A stretch of 64,000 nucleotides of DNA from Paraphysomonas bandaiensis (GCA_965644295.1 CBFFRP010000271.1:62001-126000), one strand, 5' to 3'; positions 13,227 to 26,840 are shown, numbered from the stretch's first letter. Translations and numbers: made by a program. Notes: generated from the sequence alone by a model not told the origin.

Positions 13227-13830
13227 GGTGAAATATGCATATTTTCAATGATTATTTTAGAGCTTTTGGGTATATGAGTACGTTGCTATGGATATTGCTC
13301 AGGACACTATTCTCTAACTCTAGAATGCATTAAGAAGATAGTGAACAAGGGTGCCACAGAGAGTGCCTGTAGAGTTGCATGAACATTGTTGTCTAATATT
13401 GTTTAGAGTCTTTTCGGAGTGTAGAGGAGATGCTATATTCTATATTATCTTAATAACACTCAGTTCTATATATATAGCAGTACAGGTCATTAATGGTATC
13501 CCATTAATGGCCCATTAATGGTAGTCCGGTTACCGGCAATTATAATGGCATTAATTAAAAATGTCCCGGCAATTATAATGGCATTACCATTAATGGCTAC
13601 CAGGCCCTGATTCAAAATAGGCGTGTAGTCAATATCACGAAAGCAATTGTCTGAAAATATTTCCGCTTGACAATAATATAATTAAGAAAAGAAGTCAATT
13701 TATGAATGAAAAAAGCGTAAATATCTGAGAAACACAAGTACTATTGCAGTTATTGATTATCGATTTCGGCAGAGTACGCCCGCATCAATAAGGATAGCTT
13801 GACAGCGCAATAGTACCTTGACTATGCAAA

Positions 13831-15326
13831 TCATACATCACACTCTTTAACTGATACTGGAGGCGCATACATTGTAAAACCCGTAAACAAGCGAGTTTTA
13901 GCGTCTGTTAGTGTTCGTAAAACATCTCCTCTCATTGCAGCCTTGGTTGTCGTGACAGATCTGAACCATGCTCTACGTGGGAGCAGCGCAAAAAATACAC
14001 CGATTGCCAAACAAATTCCAATTAACACCATCTCAAAGGTAAACTCCATTCCAGACTTAACATCTCCGGACCACATGTCAGACATTCCCCGAACTCCCAT
14101 ACCACCAGGTACGAGGACCAGGAGGCCAGATATAATATATACTAAAGGTCTCTCTCCCCTGGCGTACGCATACATTCGTGCAGAAACTGTCACTAAAGCG
14201 GCAGCAACAGCCGGAATAAAATCATCATTCAAACATTTCAAGCTATCAACTCCATAGCTAACGAACTGCCCAACTGCAGCACATAGGACCATACCAGACA
14301 ATTGTTTTGGGTTGGCATTCACCAGTACTCCAAAGCACAACGATGCAAGGGGTAAAAGGATTATACCGAAAGCGGGGTTTAGAGAGTGTTTACACCCATT
14401 CTCAAAACTATCTGGTAGCTCCCTATCCGAGTATATTACCCTGTAGCCACCAGTCAATCCAAAGCCAAGTTGAGATGCAAGAGAGATCCCATATATCAAT
14501 CGAGAAGAGCCATACACGATCATACGGGAGTATAACTCTAGCACTGCTATCGTAATGGTAATTCCTGGTAAGAGCCACACTATTCCACCAAAAAGTTGAC
14601 CATAGAGGCATAAATGTTCGTTATAAACATACTTATCGAGAGTACTTGCAATGCATGTGACTACGAAAGACGATACAAAGCATTCTATCTCCGCAAGTCC
14701 TTGAAACCTCCTGCAGAGGTCACCAACGAGGTATACGATGAGTCCGAATAGTATGGCCCATGTTCCGTCTCGCCAGTTCCCACCAAAAAATAATGTAGCA
14801 GAGGAAAATGACGCCAACCCATAAGCTATAGCTGTAATATACCACGGGTACCTAAGACTACAGTCAATAATAAGTACACCATTGAGGTAAATACTGACAC
14901 TTGTATGTTTTCTTCAATCAAAAGGAGACGCTTATCTGCACTATCAAAATTCACTCTACCCTGTTGAATGTCAAAGCAAATTTGATCAAGAAGACTAAGC
15001 TTTAAGCAATCTAATCCGGCCACAATGGGTATGATATAAGACTCACAAGAGTGAGGGTTAAGTTGACCGGATTCCTGGAACGACAGCATGGCACTGACTG
15101 GAAACACTGCACACGAGGAGTATAAGCCGAACGACAGAGCCACTTGTCTTACATACTCCTCTGTGCGGTAAGATAGGTTTCCTGCACTGTGTAGAGCAGA
15201 AACAAGACGAAATATAAACTTTTTCTTTCTTGTCGCATCGTCATCTTGTGTGTGGGATTCCACTTCTTGATCATCGGATTTAGTTATAAGAGTGATAAGA
15301 GTATCGTCCTCCAACATGTCATTCAT
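13831..15326 (-). CDS. ThrE-family (threonine/serine exporter-like, DUF1212) membrane protein; intron 14852-14898
   Basis: ALHSAG..SYRTEE, WLLPGITIT, GLLVLVPG motifs and ~10 TM segments; splicing gives ENIQVYPWYITAIAYGLASF. Confidence 0.9.
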
Positions 15327-15756
15327 AAAACTAAAAGATTGACAAGAACATTAAAAGTACATGGCTGATTATTGATTATACTAACATCTAGACATATGGC
15401 CAGATATAGTCCCCAACACAAAAAAAACTTACAGAGATTTTAGGTATATACAGAGTATATACAGTACATATACAGAGTAGTGTGTACCAATATCTGTAAA
15501 AAACACAGAACATTTGCAAAAATGCAATCGGTTTCTAGATTTTTGATATTCTCCCTAATTTTTACACAAAAAAACATACTGTACATCTCTTACTATAAAG
15601 TGGAGTGTTAACATTTTCACAGTTAAACTGAGTTTGGAGAGCCTACTTGTCGCAGTCATCGCTGCGATACGCTGAACGGATTAGCAGCCCTTCTAATTTT
15701 TCGGCTGCTATCCCCACGGACTCGAATAGCAGTCGTTATTGTTGTATTCACTGTAT

Positions 15757-16232
15757 ATGGTTCCTGAATCTGGTTTTATGGAATCTAAAGCTCAAGTCAA
15801 CTACAAGGTAGGGACTGTTATTGAAAGGTTCATTGAAGGAACGTGGTTCATTGGTAAAATAATTGAAATCGATGACTACAGTATGGAGTTTACAATAAGG
15901 TACCTTGATGATGATCTTGTTGAGTCGAATGTTCCTGTCGATGAAATCCGAATAGCCGAAAACGAGCAGTTACCAGAAGAACATAAACGTGGAAGGAAAA
16001 GTACACTACCTAAACCATTGTTAGGGCTCGTTGATGATGATTCTGATATGAGAAGTGCTCATCAACCTATAGTTATTGTACACAATGATTCCGACAGCGG
16101 TAAGCATTTTTCCCCATAATAGTCTTAAGTTTTAATGTATTAATTTTAGATAAAGCTATCATAATCAATGGCTCCGAGAAAACTCTTGCTGCAGGGGGAG
16201 GTCTTCGTGCATTGCGCTATCTGAAGAAGTAG
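15757..16232 (+). CDS. Small Tudor/Agenet-like domain protein; intron 16100-16149
   Basis: YKVGTVIERFIEGTWFIGKIIEI...FTIRYLDDDLVESNVPVDEIR pattern; spliced C-terminus AAGGGLRALRYLKK*. Confidence 0.7.
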
Positions 16233-16477
16233 GATGTTGAAGAGGTCATTTTGATAGATGCTTGTTTGCTGTAGTTTGTGATAAAGGTGTGAGCGGCTGT
16301 ATGTTTGATCGATTTAACTCCCACTACTATAGTATTGTACGTGTTGTCGTGTTCAGTTTGTAAGTAATTATTTAGAACTACTATTTTTCTGCGACTGTGT
16401 TGTTGTTGAGATCGACCGAATTTCCACTACCCCTACTATCATTGTATTCAGGTCCAGTCATAGTCATATTAAACAAC

Positions 16478-17490
16478 GGGCAATAAGGAGGCTATATCGT
16501 CCCGCGCTCAAAATTTGAAACGAGGGCGAAAAGCCCGAGTTTTAAATTTTAGACAAAGGACGCTCCTTATCCCTTGGTTAAATTGTATCTTATCCTCATG
16601 ATGTTGATTAGGGTTAGGGTTAGGGTTAGGTTGTAAACTTAATATTAGAATGTAAAACTATTAATAGCTTGCTTGCTGTGAGAAGGCAGAAATAGGTGTT
16701 TCCTGATTAACATTAAGAAAGCAAATGAAAATTCATATTGAAATTATATACTGTATATGCTTTGGGAATAGCAATTGCACTATAGATCAACTCGAACATT
16801 AAACCCCCAAATTTAAATACATAATAGCTACAACATATACACTCCTGGCACAGCAGGATACTGAGGGAACGGCAACTGCGAGGCGTTGAAATTCGTACAT
16901 AAGTGTGATGATGAATATGAGCAGTGGTAGTTGTACAAAAGGCTTCTTATTGCTTTAATTAGCATCATCATCACATTTATATACAATGCGTTTTACCTCT
17001 GCTAGTGCACCTGATTGAATGATGTGAGTATGATATGAGATACACAGTTGCCTCATAAGCACAATGCGACCCAAACCCTGAAAGAACTGGATGCCTCTGC
17101 CCTTAACCACCTATACAGCATCAGATACGACACTTAAACTCTCCTGAAATAATCTTGAAGTTGTTTCAAAGTCCTGGCTATGAAGATTGATCGCTTTCAC
17201 TGACATCATTACGATCTTCTACAGCAGATGAAGGATGGAATACAATTTTGAGGGCTAAATGATCTGCTTTGTATAGTTGACTCATGATTGTGTTTCTCAA
17301 CAATTGTGTACTATAATGAAATCACGTAAATATGACTCTCAATATCATAATCAAGATAGAAGTGAGCTTCTGTTGAACCGAATATTGAAGTTGAATGTCT
17401 ATATTTGACCGGTGCTGATATGAGCGCTCTGTTGGGCCCAAATCAGGTAAAAAAAAGCTTGTTCTGAGACAAAATGGGGATAACAATATA
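16478..17490. repeat. Dispersed repeat family R2, copy 2 (inverted relative to copy 1), with a terminal ~95-nt hairpin
   Basis: Homology to 3380-4686; 16478-16573 is an imperfect palindrome (GGG..ATAAGGAG...GGGC-GAAAA-GCCC...CTCCTTAT-CCC). Confidence 0.85.
16608..16630 (+). repeat. Interstitial telomeric repeat (TTAGGG)3TTAGG
   Basis: Read directly; absent at the homologous position in R2 copy 1. Confidence 0.85.
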
Positions 17491-17783
17491 TTGCAATAAT
17501 ATATATTGCCAGCAAAAATATGTAAAAAAATAATATTTTCAAGACCAATAATATTTATTAAACATGTTGTAGAATATTGCAATATATTGATATATATTGG
17601 GCGCTAAGAAGAAGAAATGAGCTCGATCGGTAGTAACTATGTTAAAACATAATGATGAAAACCCAATAACAATGCAGCAACTAGTACTCTAAGTACTCAA
17701 TAAATATGAAAGGGATGACCACCAAATAGTTTGATATCAAATAATAGTTTGGGCGGATATCCAATATATTGTTGACTGGCCCT
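17482..17783. mobile_element. One end of a hAT-like MITE (caatatattg subterminal motifs)
   Basis: Multiple CAATATATTG palindromes and terminus caatatattgttgactggccctg, similar to caatatattgtttcctagccctg at 35985. Confidence 0.5.
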
Positions 17784-17819
17784 GTGCATAACAATGGGAA
17801 AAGCAATTTAATCTGAGAA

Positions 17820-18010
17820 TAATGCAATAACATAATAATTGCCCAGTGTCCATAAATTATCTCAAGTTAATGAATGTCTTATTTCTAGCAATAGGCGTGT
17901 AAGAGTCAGAGAACTAATGTAATAAATAATTTAACTAACTTGTTCTTAACTCTGATATCCTACATTTATAGCGCTACTAATGCTGCTTGTGCGTCGCAAG
18001 GTAAATTAAC
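17820..18010 (-). repeat. 3' fragment of R1, sharing extra flank with 34110-34320
   Basis: gaatgtcttatt..tagcaatagg..tgcttgtgcgtc, plus shared ataattgcccagtgtccataaatta. Confidence 0.7.
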
Positions 18011-18997
18011 TTATACACTGTACTGACGTCTTAAAATCATGTGCGCAGGTGACGACATGGATGTCAAGCATATCATTTATGCAAGTAATTGCGGCAAGTA
18101 GCGATATGTCCATCAATGTCATGGCCCTAGGACCAGGTAACTGGAAGAACATATATGTGCGCCAAAAACCCCGTACATCAATGTATATGGTATGATGGTG
18201 TGCTGGATTTCCACGTAGTGCCTAACAAAAAGAATAAAAATATACTTTGATGGTAGTGATGATTATCTGATAATGTCATTGCTCCTCCAATAAGATGAAG
18301 GAGGCTGTGGAGCTTTACGGGACTTGATCACAAGAAACTGCTGAATCTAATTTCTTTGAGAAGCGGAAATGCTGTGAACTCCATGTCTCCACGAGTGCAT
18401 TGTCTGTATTCAATAGACGATGGGTAGAGTATACAATCATGTTTGAGGAAAATGTTTAGTTTTGACTATAAGTAAATACCATAAATAACAACGACGGCGA
18501 AATCAGCGAAATAAAAATTACTATCGTCTTTACTATTATGTACCTAGTAAACCTTGATATCGATGAATCCTGAATCCTTATTACTAACTAACAAGTGTTA
18601 AAAGTAATGAGTAGAATTCTCATCTACTTTGGTAGGTGGCTACACCAAAAACGAAAGTTGGTATGAATAGGCAATTTAACCTATTAGACTAGGTCAAATA
18701 ATACATCCCGAATATATGACATAGGTAATATGTGATATCTATTTCTAACGGATATTTCCTTCCTCGTATACTTTATGATAAACATGTACATCGATACCGC
18801 ATAATACAAAATCGTAATTTCAATTATACATACACAAAATTTTCAACGCCTCAAAAACAACATTACAAAAGAGGTGAATTTCACAAAATAGAATTCAAAA
18901 AGCGTTTATCAAATCAAAAAAACACAAATAAGGTGTCCAGCTAAACAGAGCACAAGAGTAGGATATAACAATAGTATTATACATCTACTGCCGACAA

Positions 18998-20153
18998 CTA
19001 GTAGCTCCTGGATAAAGTAGTGTGAAGCATTACTTCTCTCACGTTCTCACTTCTTATGGCCACTTGTTCAGCACCAGGGGCCTCCAAAACCATCGTGTTA
19101 TAGTTCCTATATTTTATACATTAGGCCCCCTCAAATGGAACGCTGGGGTTCAACAAACCTCCTGAAGTCGGTCTTCTCCATAAGAGATCGTAGAGCAAAA
19201 TAGTACTTCGCGTATAGACTACTGGATATATAAAGGTCCCATTTAATGTTATGGCAAAATATCCGCTCCAAGAGATTAATATTTTGTAGCGTGAACTGAG
19301 GAAAAATCTGGGCGACTTCGCTGTTCCAAGAACTGAATAGCAATGTACATGAGATAGAATTCACTGCGATATAGTAAAACACGTCGATGAGATATACCTG
19401 AGATCTTGCCACACTTTGGATGCAAGAAGTAGTCCGCACATTACTACTGGTCGCCAGGTCTTGGACATCAACGGCACGTTCGCCAGTTCCATTAGTCGCT
19501 CGACATAAATAAGGCAGACAATGCTGCACTCCGCACTAAGCTGCGCTTCCCCAAATAGTTTGTGAAGGAATGTGTGTACATCATGTAGTGAGGGGACAGA
19601 ATATGTAGACTGCAGCTTCCGCATGCAGTGGCAGAATCCGACACGCACTGCAGGTAATCTGACAAAGTGGTACATATAGACAGGCACAATAAAATTATCT
19701 TCAGCAAACATTTCCATCTTACTACAGTGAAATAAACCCGTTTCATCACTACCAGGAGTCGAGTTTCGGTACCTGTCTTCGCAGGTGGTAATATGTTTGT
19801 GAAGGACTACTGACACCCGCTTCAATAGATCTTCATAATTTGGTCGTACCAGCGAGCTGGCAGGAGCCACTACCTCAGGTGCTCGTTCTCTGGGGTCTTT
19901 ATACCTAATCTTCTGTATATTAGGTATGCATGTAATATGACTAGGGTTAAATTTGTGGTTAACAGAACTATCCGTGGAAAATCTGACTTTTCTGTCGCAT
20001 GTCTCTCCGTCATCCTTGTGAATATCATGATTCGATTCCATGACACCCATCGGACTCTTACCCACTGTAAATATAAGCCAATATGAAATCATAAATAAAT
20101 GTCGCCTAAGCCCTACATTTGTATTTTTCTGTGTAAGTTGTAGGAGGAGGCAT
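18998..20153 (-). CDS. CCNY: Cyclin Y-like protein (multi-exon)
   Basis: FLHKLFGEAQLSAECSIVCLIYVERL, WRPVVMCGLLLASKVWQDL, INLLER, SSSLYAKYYFALR; the start exon is inferred. Confidence 0.85.
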
Positions 20154-20659
20154 CGGTCTAACGGATACCCTAAATGCTATGAAGCGTAGAAACAAGCGAC
20201 ATCAAAACTGCTCATAACGCACTAAAATGAGAATAAAAATGAATTTTGAGCTTAATAAGAAGAGAAATTGACTGAATGGAGCTCAGCTGGCACGAAATTA
20301 CTGATACAATAGAGAGTAATTAGTACATATAAATCCCAATTGAACATGCTTCCATTGAATACCACAAGAAAACTTCCACAAAACCAGAGTATTGGTGAGT
20401 GACATATATTAATATCCGGATATCTATGTACAGATTAAGGATATCTACAGTGTGTCGACTTCGAGAAAGATACCAGTCTGTAAACTGAAAACTGAAAACT
20501 GAAAACCCTCAATATATTGGATCAATGTGTCAAGAATTTAAGTATATGGAAATTGTGATCAGTGGATGACTTCCTCACACAATGATGCGAGTGACGTATA
20601 TGTAAATTTGTATTAGTAGAGTGTAAGTTATTGACTCATATCCCTCACTCTCTGCTCCA

Positions 20660-22803
20660 ATGCTATCACATGTTTTCTCCGCTGTGGATGCAAGAAGTAT
20701 TGCGTTTTTTCGTATATGTTTCGGTGCCACTATGATGGTCTACATAGCTGTAAGTGCATATACACCACATACATACCCACCTCACTACTGCAATAGAACA
20801 AAATCGGAACGGAAAGTCCAGATAACGATACGTTAGGAGTAACACCCTTTGGCTATGAGTATAGAGTGCCTGATTTTTTATACCTTCCAGCTCGACATTT
20901 TCCCTGGTACACTAACTCCATACTCTACTGGAACATTCACTACCCTGTGGAGCTATTGGCAGCCTGTGGGATGACATTTGCATATGGGGATTTTTCGCGC
21001 CTTAGTTGTGTCGTGTTTTGCGTGTTCCAACTCGTGTCTGTGTCGAAGGATATGACTCATTATAACAATCACGAATATATGTATGCCACACTAGCACTCG
21101 TCCTAGGGTTATGCGATGGGCACTCTGCTGCCTTCTCACCACTCATGTCAATTATTGGTAATCACGCTCGCAAGGTCCCATGCTACATCGGTTGCGTTTG
21201 CATTCTTGGTGGTATAGTATATATGATGGCACACAACGTGGTGTACGGTATAGCAGGTTCCATCGGAGTGGTTGGAATGTTTTTTGTATGGGTGGGTATT
21301 ATACTATGTATAGGTGGTGGCATTACCCCCTCGAACCCCGGTTCTTTGTCGAAGTCTACGGAGACAGTTCCAAGATGGAATATGTGGTTCATTCGGGCGT
21401 TTATATGTGTTGTGTATTTTTATGCTGGAGTTGCGAAGCTAGAAATTGATTGGCTGAGAGGCAATACCGCACGTGAGCTCTTCTCCTCCTGGGCTGGACC
21501 AACTGCCTCTCCGGAGATGATTGACAGGGCAATGGAGATGGGGTGGCCGGTGGATCTTGTTGTATTTGGAGGATTGTTTTTAGATCTTACTGTCGCTATT
21601 GGGCTTACGGTACCTTGGCTTCCAGTTCGTTTTTTTTACGCTGCAGCTATATTTGGATTTCATCTGACAAACCATTTTACTTTTATCATAGAAACGTTTC
21701 CTTGGGTTATGATGAGCGCTACAGCCCTTTTCTTTGGTTCAGACTGGATGGATATTCTGTCGGTATACATTGAGAATGTATTTTTCCCTCCATTGGTGTG
21801 CCGCACATTTGTTTTCTGTCGCTCTCTATGCCACAAGTACTTTGTTCCTGTTTTTGCGCTGGTTCTTCTCTTTGCGCATGTGATAGTTCCCCTTCCCTGT
21901 GCGTTTCATGCCCCTCTCAGTGAGGACCTGTGCTGGTACTCTCAATGTCAGTTCTTCTCCTGGCGAATGATGACTCGATCGACAAAACTTTTTGATGTGT
22001 TCATAAATCTCCGAAACCCGGTTAGTGGGTTGATGGACACCGTATCTTTAGATTTGTTTAAAATTTCTGAAGTGGAGAGGTCAGCTATTGGTACTTACGA
22101 GGATTATTTATTTGAAGTGGTGAATAGTATCAGCGCAGCGGCGGAGCCTGCCGACGCCCACAATGCAGCCCCTCCTGAGATTTTTGCTGACGTATGGTTT
22201 CAGGTAAATGGGCCACCTATACAGCGCTTTGTGGATCCTACGGTAAATCTTTTAATGGTCCCTATCTACCGTGCGACATCGGGGTCCGTAGTCACCTCGT
22301 TTTTTGAATCGTTACTGTACAAGCCAAAACCTCTCGCGCCATGGGTAGAGTCCAGAATGCTTCAATACCATACTCCTCACTGGAAAGAGATATACCGCAA
22401 TATTACGCGGCTTGAGAAGAATCGTGATAACAAGGAAGATACAGTAGAAGTGATGTTTTTTGCCGAGCGAAGTGGCCCTGAACGGGTATTTTCAGTGTAT
22501 TCAGAGACTCCTACGATTATTAGAGTTCTAGACGGCGCTATTTTCATCGAGAGAGTAGGGCGACTTGAGTCGAGTACATGTGTCTCTATCCGGGGCCTCA
22601 TTAGAATTACAGTAGATAGTAATAAATCTGAAACAGCTTTATGGATGATTAGAGATGTAAATGGCAACATCAAGCATGTAAAGAGAAGTTCATCATCTCG
22701 GAGTTTTCGGCGACCAGAGGTTATGCCCTTTGAGAATTGCCGCGGGTCAGACGGAATGGGTGCATCTCATGAAACACATTCCTTTCATTTCACTGAGTTA
22801 TAG
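20660..22803 (+). CDS. GGCX: Vitamin K-dependent gamma-glutamyl carboxylase homolog (HTTM domain); intron 20750-20796
   Basis: VDARSIAFFRICFG, YNNHEYMY, VYFYAGVAKLEIDWLRG, FHLTN..FPWVMM, FSWRMM, VNGPPIQRFVDPTVNL. Confidence 0.88.
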
Positions 22804-23384
22804 ACAACATAATGAAGTTGTAGATAAGTTACTCTGACAAGAACTGATGTTTCTGGTGTGTGTTGATCGAGTTACTTTTTATACTCTTTGTGACGTATAT
22901 AAACATATAAACACTGCCGAGTACTGACTCGTATCATGTCCCATACGCTTCTCCTGAAATTCGATAGTTTTAAAGCAAATATGATTTATGTGTAACACTA
23001 AACCTGTTGGCGGCAAGCAAAATGTGCAGTCTCTTTGGGGGAGATGAACAAGTTCAGGTTATTCTCATGTGATTATAATGAGTGGTTGTGATGAGGAAGC
23101 TATATTTATTTACGCCAGCCACATTAACTATCAACATATCTAAACTCTAAACCACATATATTCACAAGATATTCAACATATATTGTTTCCGTTGTGACAA
23201 TTTATTTATTCAATCATATATATTTCCTATTCATCAATATTAATAGTACGATTGTATAATTACGTCATACGAATATAACTTGGCCAAACTTGTAGAATTT
23301 TAATTCTCTTACTTATATACAAAATATAATTAATCTCCTATTATTTAATTCATAAATTATAAGTGCAGGAAAACTACCTAATAC

Positions 23385-23883
23385 TTGTGGATGTCTTATT
23401 ATTAGCAATAGGTGTGAGAACTAATGTAGCAAAACAATTTAACTCATCAGTGCTTAACGCTGATATCCTACTATTTAGCGCTACAAAAGTTACTTGTGTG
23501 TCACCGCAAGCACCAACAAGGTGCAACCACTTTAAGCAAACGCAGTAAGCAAGCAGAGTATTGATATACCTGACATCTGCTAACTTCAGGATTTTGAGTC
23601 CTTAAGAAAGTGAATAGCCCGGATGCTTAACTTCAGCAGGCAGCCCAATACCCTGAATGCCCTTGAGATGGGCCCATTCCCGGATGCCTGTTTATTTGTC
23701 AAGGCCCAAAGACGTCTACAAAAGTGACACATATATTAGTGTCTCTTGTACCACACAAGCATTCGGCTATATGAGTGGGCAGAACGTTATCTGCTGTCTA
23801 CGTTTGTGGCTCACGTTAGTTTCCCGAAGCAATCTCTCCGATACCTATCCCCCAGAACACCTCGAAAAGGTGCGAGTTGAGGG
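23385..23883 (-). mobile_element. Full-length R1 non-autonomous retroposon copy (~500 bp)
   Basis: Same 5' (CCCTCAA) and 3' (taataagac) ends as 43995-44477; flanked by direct repeat aaactaccta(a/t)tac (23371-23384 and 23886-23899). Confidence 0.8.
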
Positions 23884-24123
23884 GGAAACTACCTATTACA
23901 TGTTGTTTCTTCCTCAAATTATGATTTCGAAAGCCGGAAAATAATGGAGCCAGTTACAGCTTAATGAGCTTGTGTGATGCAAGTAAGGAACGCAAAAATG
24001 TGTTTCTTGTGTGTAATCAACTATAGACATGGACTCTGATATGCAGGCATCTGGGGATGCCTGATGAAGTTACTTTTTCAAGATGAGTTCATCTTAAGGA
24101 TTTAAACTTTCTGAAGAAGTCTC

Positions 24124-24760
24124 CATATTATATGTCACATATCATACTAATATTATCAACATTCTGCATAATATTTATAAAATAATATCCACACACCATA
24201 ATATAATATGTTACTTGGGGTGCTAGTGAACTTTCTTTAGAGAACCAATTTTGACTTATTTTCAAAGTCCTTAAATTCAGGTTGGTGTAGACTTTTTTCA
24301 TATTTCCTCTCACTCCTATGTATCCGCTTGAAGCTTCGCATTTTTGGCTATATATGTCAGTTGAAGCTTTTCTCGATATTGCAATTTGTAGGTTATCCTG
24401 TTCAATTGATGAATTGCTGTGTACACTGTTATCATTGTGTTTATCCTCTGAACCGCTCGAACAATTAAGTGAAATTGATATTTATACCATTGAAGTAGAC
24501 TAACTGAGCTTTCTCATTACTCATAATTTGCAACTAGCTCAAAATACATCAATGAGCAGTTTGCAGTCATATCTTATGCTGTCACTAAAGTTCAGCTTAT
24601 TGAATATATTTCATAATACTTCATTGAATTCATATTATAATAAGTCTTTAACGACTGTCTTTGTCACTAAGGTGGTCATAAACCACAGCAATCAATATCT
24701 CAACTATAAGTAAAAATTAACCCAGTAAAACTTGATGTATACCTGTCGTGTGGTGACAGC
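24124..24760. repeat. Family R3, copy 2
   Basis: Direct homology to 9540-10175. Confidence 0.8.
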
Positions 24761-25445
24761 ATACTAGATTTACACACATGTTCATGGTTACGAAAGGGTT
24801 AAGATATAGGCTTCGCTCCAATCCGGTACATGAATACATAGTAGTGTGAGAAGTGCTATGTTTTTTTAAATGAGGTGGATGCCGATGTCTTGCTAGAACC
24901 TGCGCCACTCTTTACTCTTTTTGCAGATGAATTCGAGAAGCCATGTGTGTTCAAGGATGTGATAACGCGGTAGGAAATATAGACTAGCGCTCGGTGTGAG
25001 CTACTGAAAAGGTGGACGGAGAGAGATATACAACAAGATTTGTATCTATATAGTACAGAAGTAGTAAACGACTTTGACCAGCTGAGCCTCGTAATAGGTA
25101 ATAGTCGCCACATCTTTAGTATATACAACCTTGTATGTTTATATTTTCCGGGTATTTATTTTTTACAGATATCCGTGACAAGTGAATTTTTCAGTGTTTC
25201 AGTGGTATACTACCTTCATGGTTCAAGTGAAAAAAGGGGCCGTTGTATATATTAGATGTTAGGATGTGTGTGTGTTTCGCACGCTACTAACAATAGTAAT
25301 GATCATCTAACACAATTCTGCATTGTACTTGCATTCCGGTTCATATACTTATTACAAAAATCTTAAAACCGAATGCACACGACAAACATTACTTCTGCAA
25401 AAGATAGGATGTGCACTGTACAGTGCAGCCATTTCAAACACAGGA

Positions 25446-26357
25446 TTAAACGGGGGGTTTATACGCGCATCCCACAAATCCAAAGCTGTATCCAGTGGAG
25501 TCATAGCAACTACAGTTGTTTGCGACATACTCTACATCCTCAGTAGCTCCCACACATTTTGCCTTCTTATCGGCTAAATATAAGTCTATGCTGTCACCAT
25601 ATCCAAATTTACAAAGTGAGTTTAAACCATATATCGCTTCGAAGTGCTTGTAGTGAATGCAGGACATTACATTCGGAAAGTTATACGGTCTATGTTTGGT
25701 TCCGCGTTGTACTTTACCAATGACTGAACTAGAAACCGATATCCAATCCGTTTTGTCGATACCCAGAAAATCGGTAATCTTCTTTCCGGACAGCCTCTTG
25801 CTTAATTTAATATCGATGCTTCGCATGAACATTATATCAGTGTTGTTGTTCTCCAACGAAATTAATTCAAGCAGCACATGGGAGTCCGCACCGCAAGTCA
25901 TATCATAGAGCGTACTAACTGTAGTATTTAAATTCTCAACATATTGTCTAATACTCAAACCGTTTAGGAAGTCTGCCTTATCTTCTAAATAACTAACACG
26001 CTTCCTATATCTCATTGTAAACAAATCCAGTGGATGCTGCGTAACAACAAGTGCCTTGTAATCCCTCAACAAATCCCTACGCCTATAAAAATCCATATAT
26101 CCGAGAGAATAGTAGAAATTATAGTCTTCACTATCCACAGCAGACCAGCGCTTAATATCTAAAACTTTCTTATTGTAGACTTTATCAGCAAAATAAGATA
26201 AGATAAGATACATATATACAGTTCTAGTCTCACACACTACAATGATGTTAGAATTCAATGTACTTGTTTGTCTACAGAAATAATGAGGAATAAGCGATAA
26301 AAAAACAAACACAATAGTCACAAGTGCTTCTAACCGCACCATAGGGATTTCACTCAA
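25446..26357 (-). CDS. Hypothetical type II membrane or secreted protein, weakly sulfotransferase-like
   Basis: 303-aa uninterrupted ORF with an N-terminal hydrophobic segment; KALVVTQHPLDLF resembles the 3'-PB segment of sulfotransferases (weak). Confidence 0.55.
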   Translation of the reverse strand: MSEIPMVRLEALVTIVFVFLSLIPHYFCRQTSTLNSNIIVVCETRTVYMYLILSYFADKVYNKKVLDIKRWSAVDSEDYNFYYSLGYMDFYRRRDLLRDYKALVVTQHPLDLFTMRYRKRVSYLEDKADFLNGLSIRQYVENLNTTVSTLYDMTCGADSHVLLELISLENNNTDIMFMRSIDIKLSKRLSGKKITDFLGIDKTDWISVSSSVIGKVQRGTKHRPYNFPNVMSCIHYKHFEAIYGLNSLCKFGYGDSIDLYLADKKAKCVGATEDVEYVANNCSCYDSTGYSFGFVGCAYKPPV

Positions 26358-26414
26358 TGTACTTCAATGTAACAGTTGGTTTGAGGCGAATTGACTGCAT
26401 TGATGTTGCGAGAT

Positions 26415-26758
26415 TATGTATGTATGTATGTATGGATGTATGTATGTATGTATGTATGTATGTATGTATGTATGTATGTATGTATGTATGTATGTATGTA
26501 TGTATGTATGTATGTATGTATGTATGTATGTATGTATGTATGTATGTATGTATGTATGTATGTATGTATGTATGTATGTATGTATGTATGTATGTATGTA
26601 TGTATGTATGTATGTATGTATGTATGTATGTATGTATGTATGTATGTATGTATGTATGTATGTATGTATGTATGTATGTATGTATGTATGTATGTATGTA
26701 TGTATGTATGTATGTATGTATGTATGTATGTATGTATGTATGTATGTATGTATGTATG
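26415..26758. repeat. (TATG)~86 microsatellite
   Basis: Read directly; a single GATG variant unit. Confidence 0.98.
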
Positions 26759-26840
26759 TGTGTGTATGACATGAAAGGCAGGACAATTCCTCGAAGGAGA
26801 ATACTCTGGCATATATCAATATCTTACCCGGCACCTGCTC

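Larger units (their letters stand above)
10408..13609 (-). mobile_element. Internally deleted hAT transposon (outer, older copy)
   Basis: Ends CTGGGCCTGTTAACC...GGCTACCAGGCCCTG, 8-bp TSD ATTCAAAA (10400-10407 and 13610-13617), frameshifted transposase fragments at 10560-11476. Confidence 0.9.

Noticed and set aside
26350-26812. Six ORFs of HTYI/MYVC repeats
   Set aside because: Translation artefacts of the (TATG)n microsatellite.
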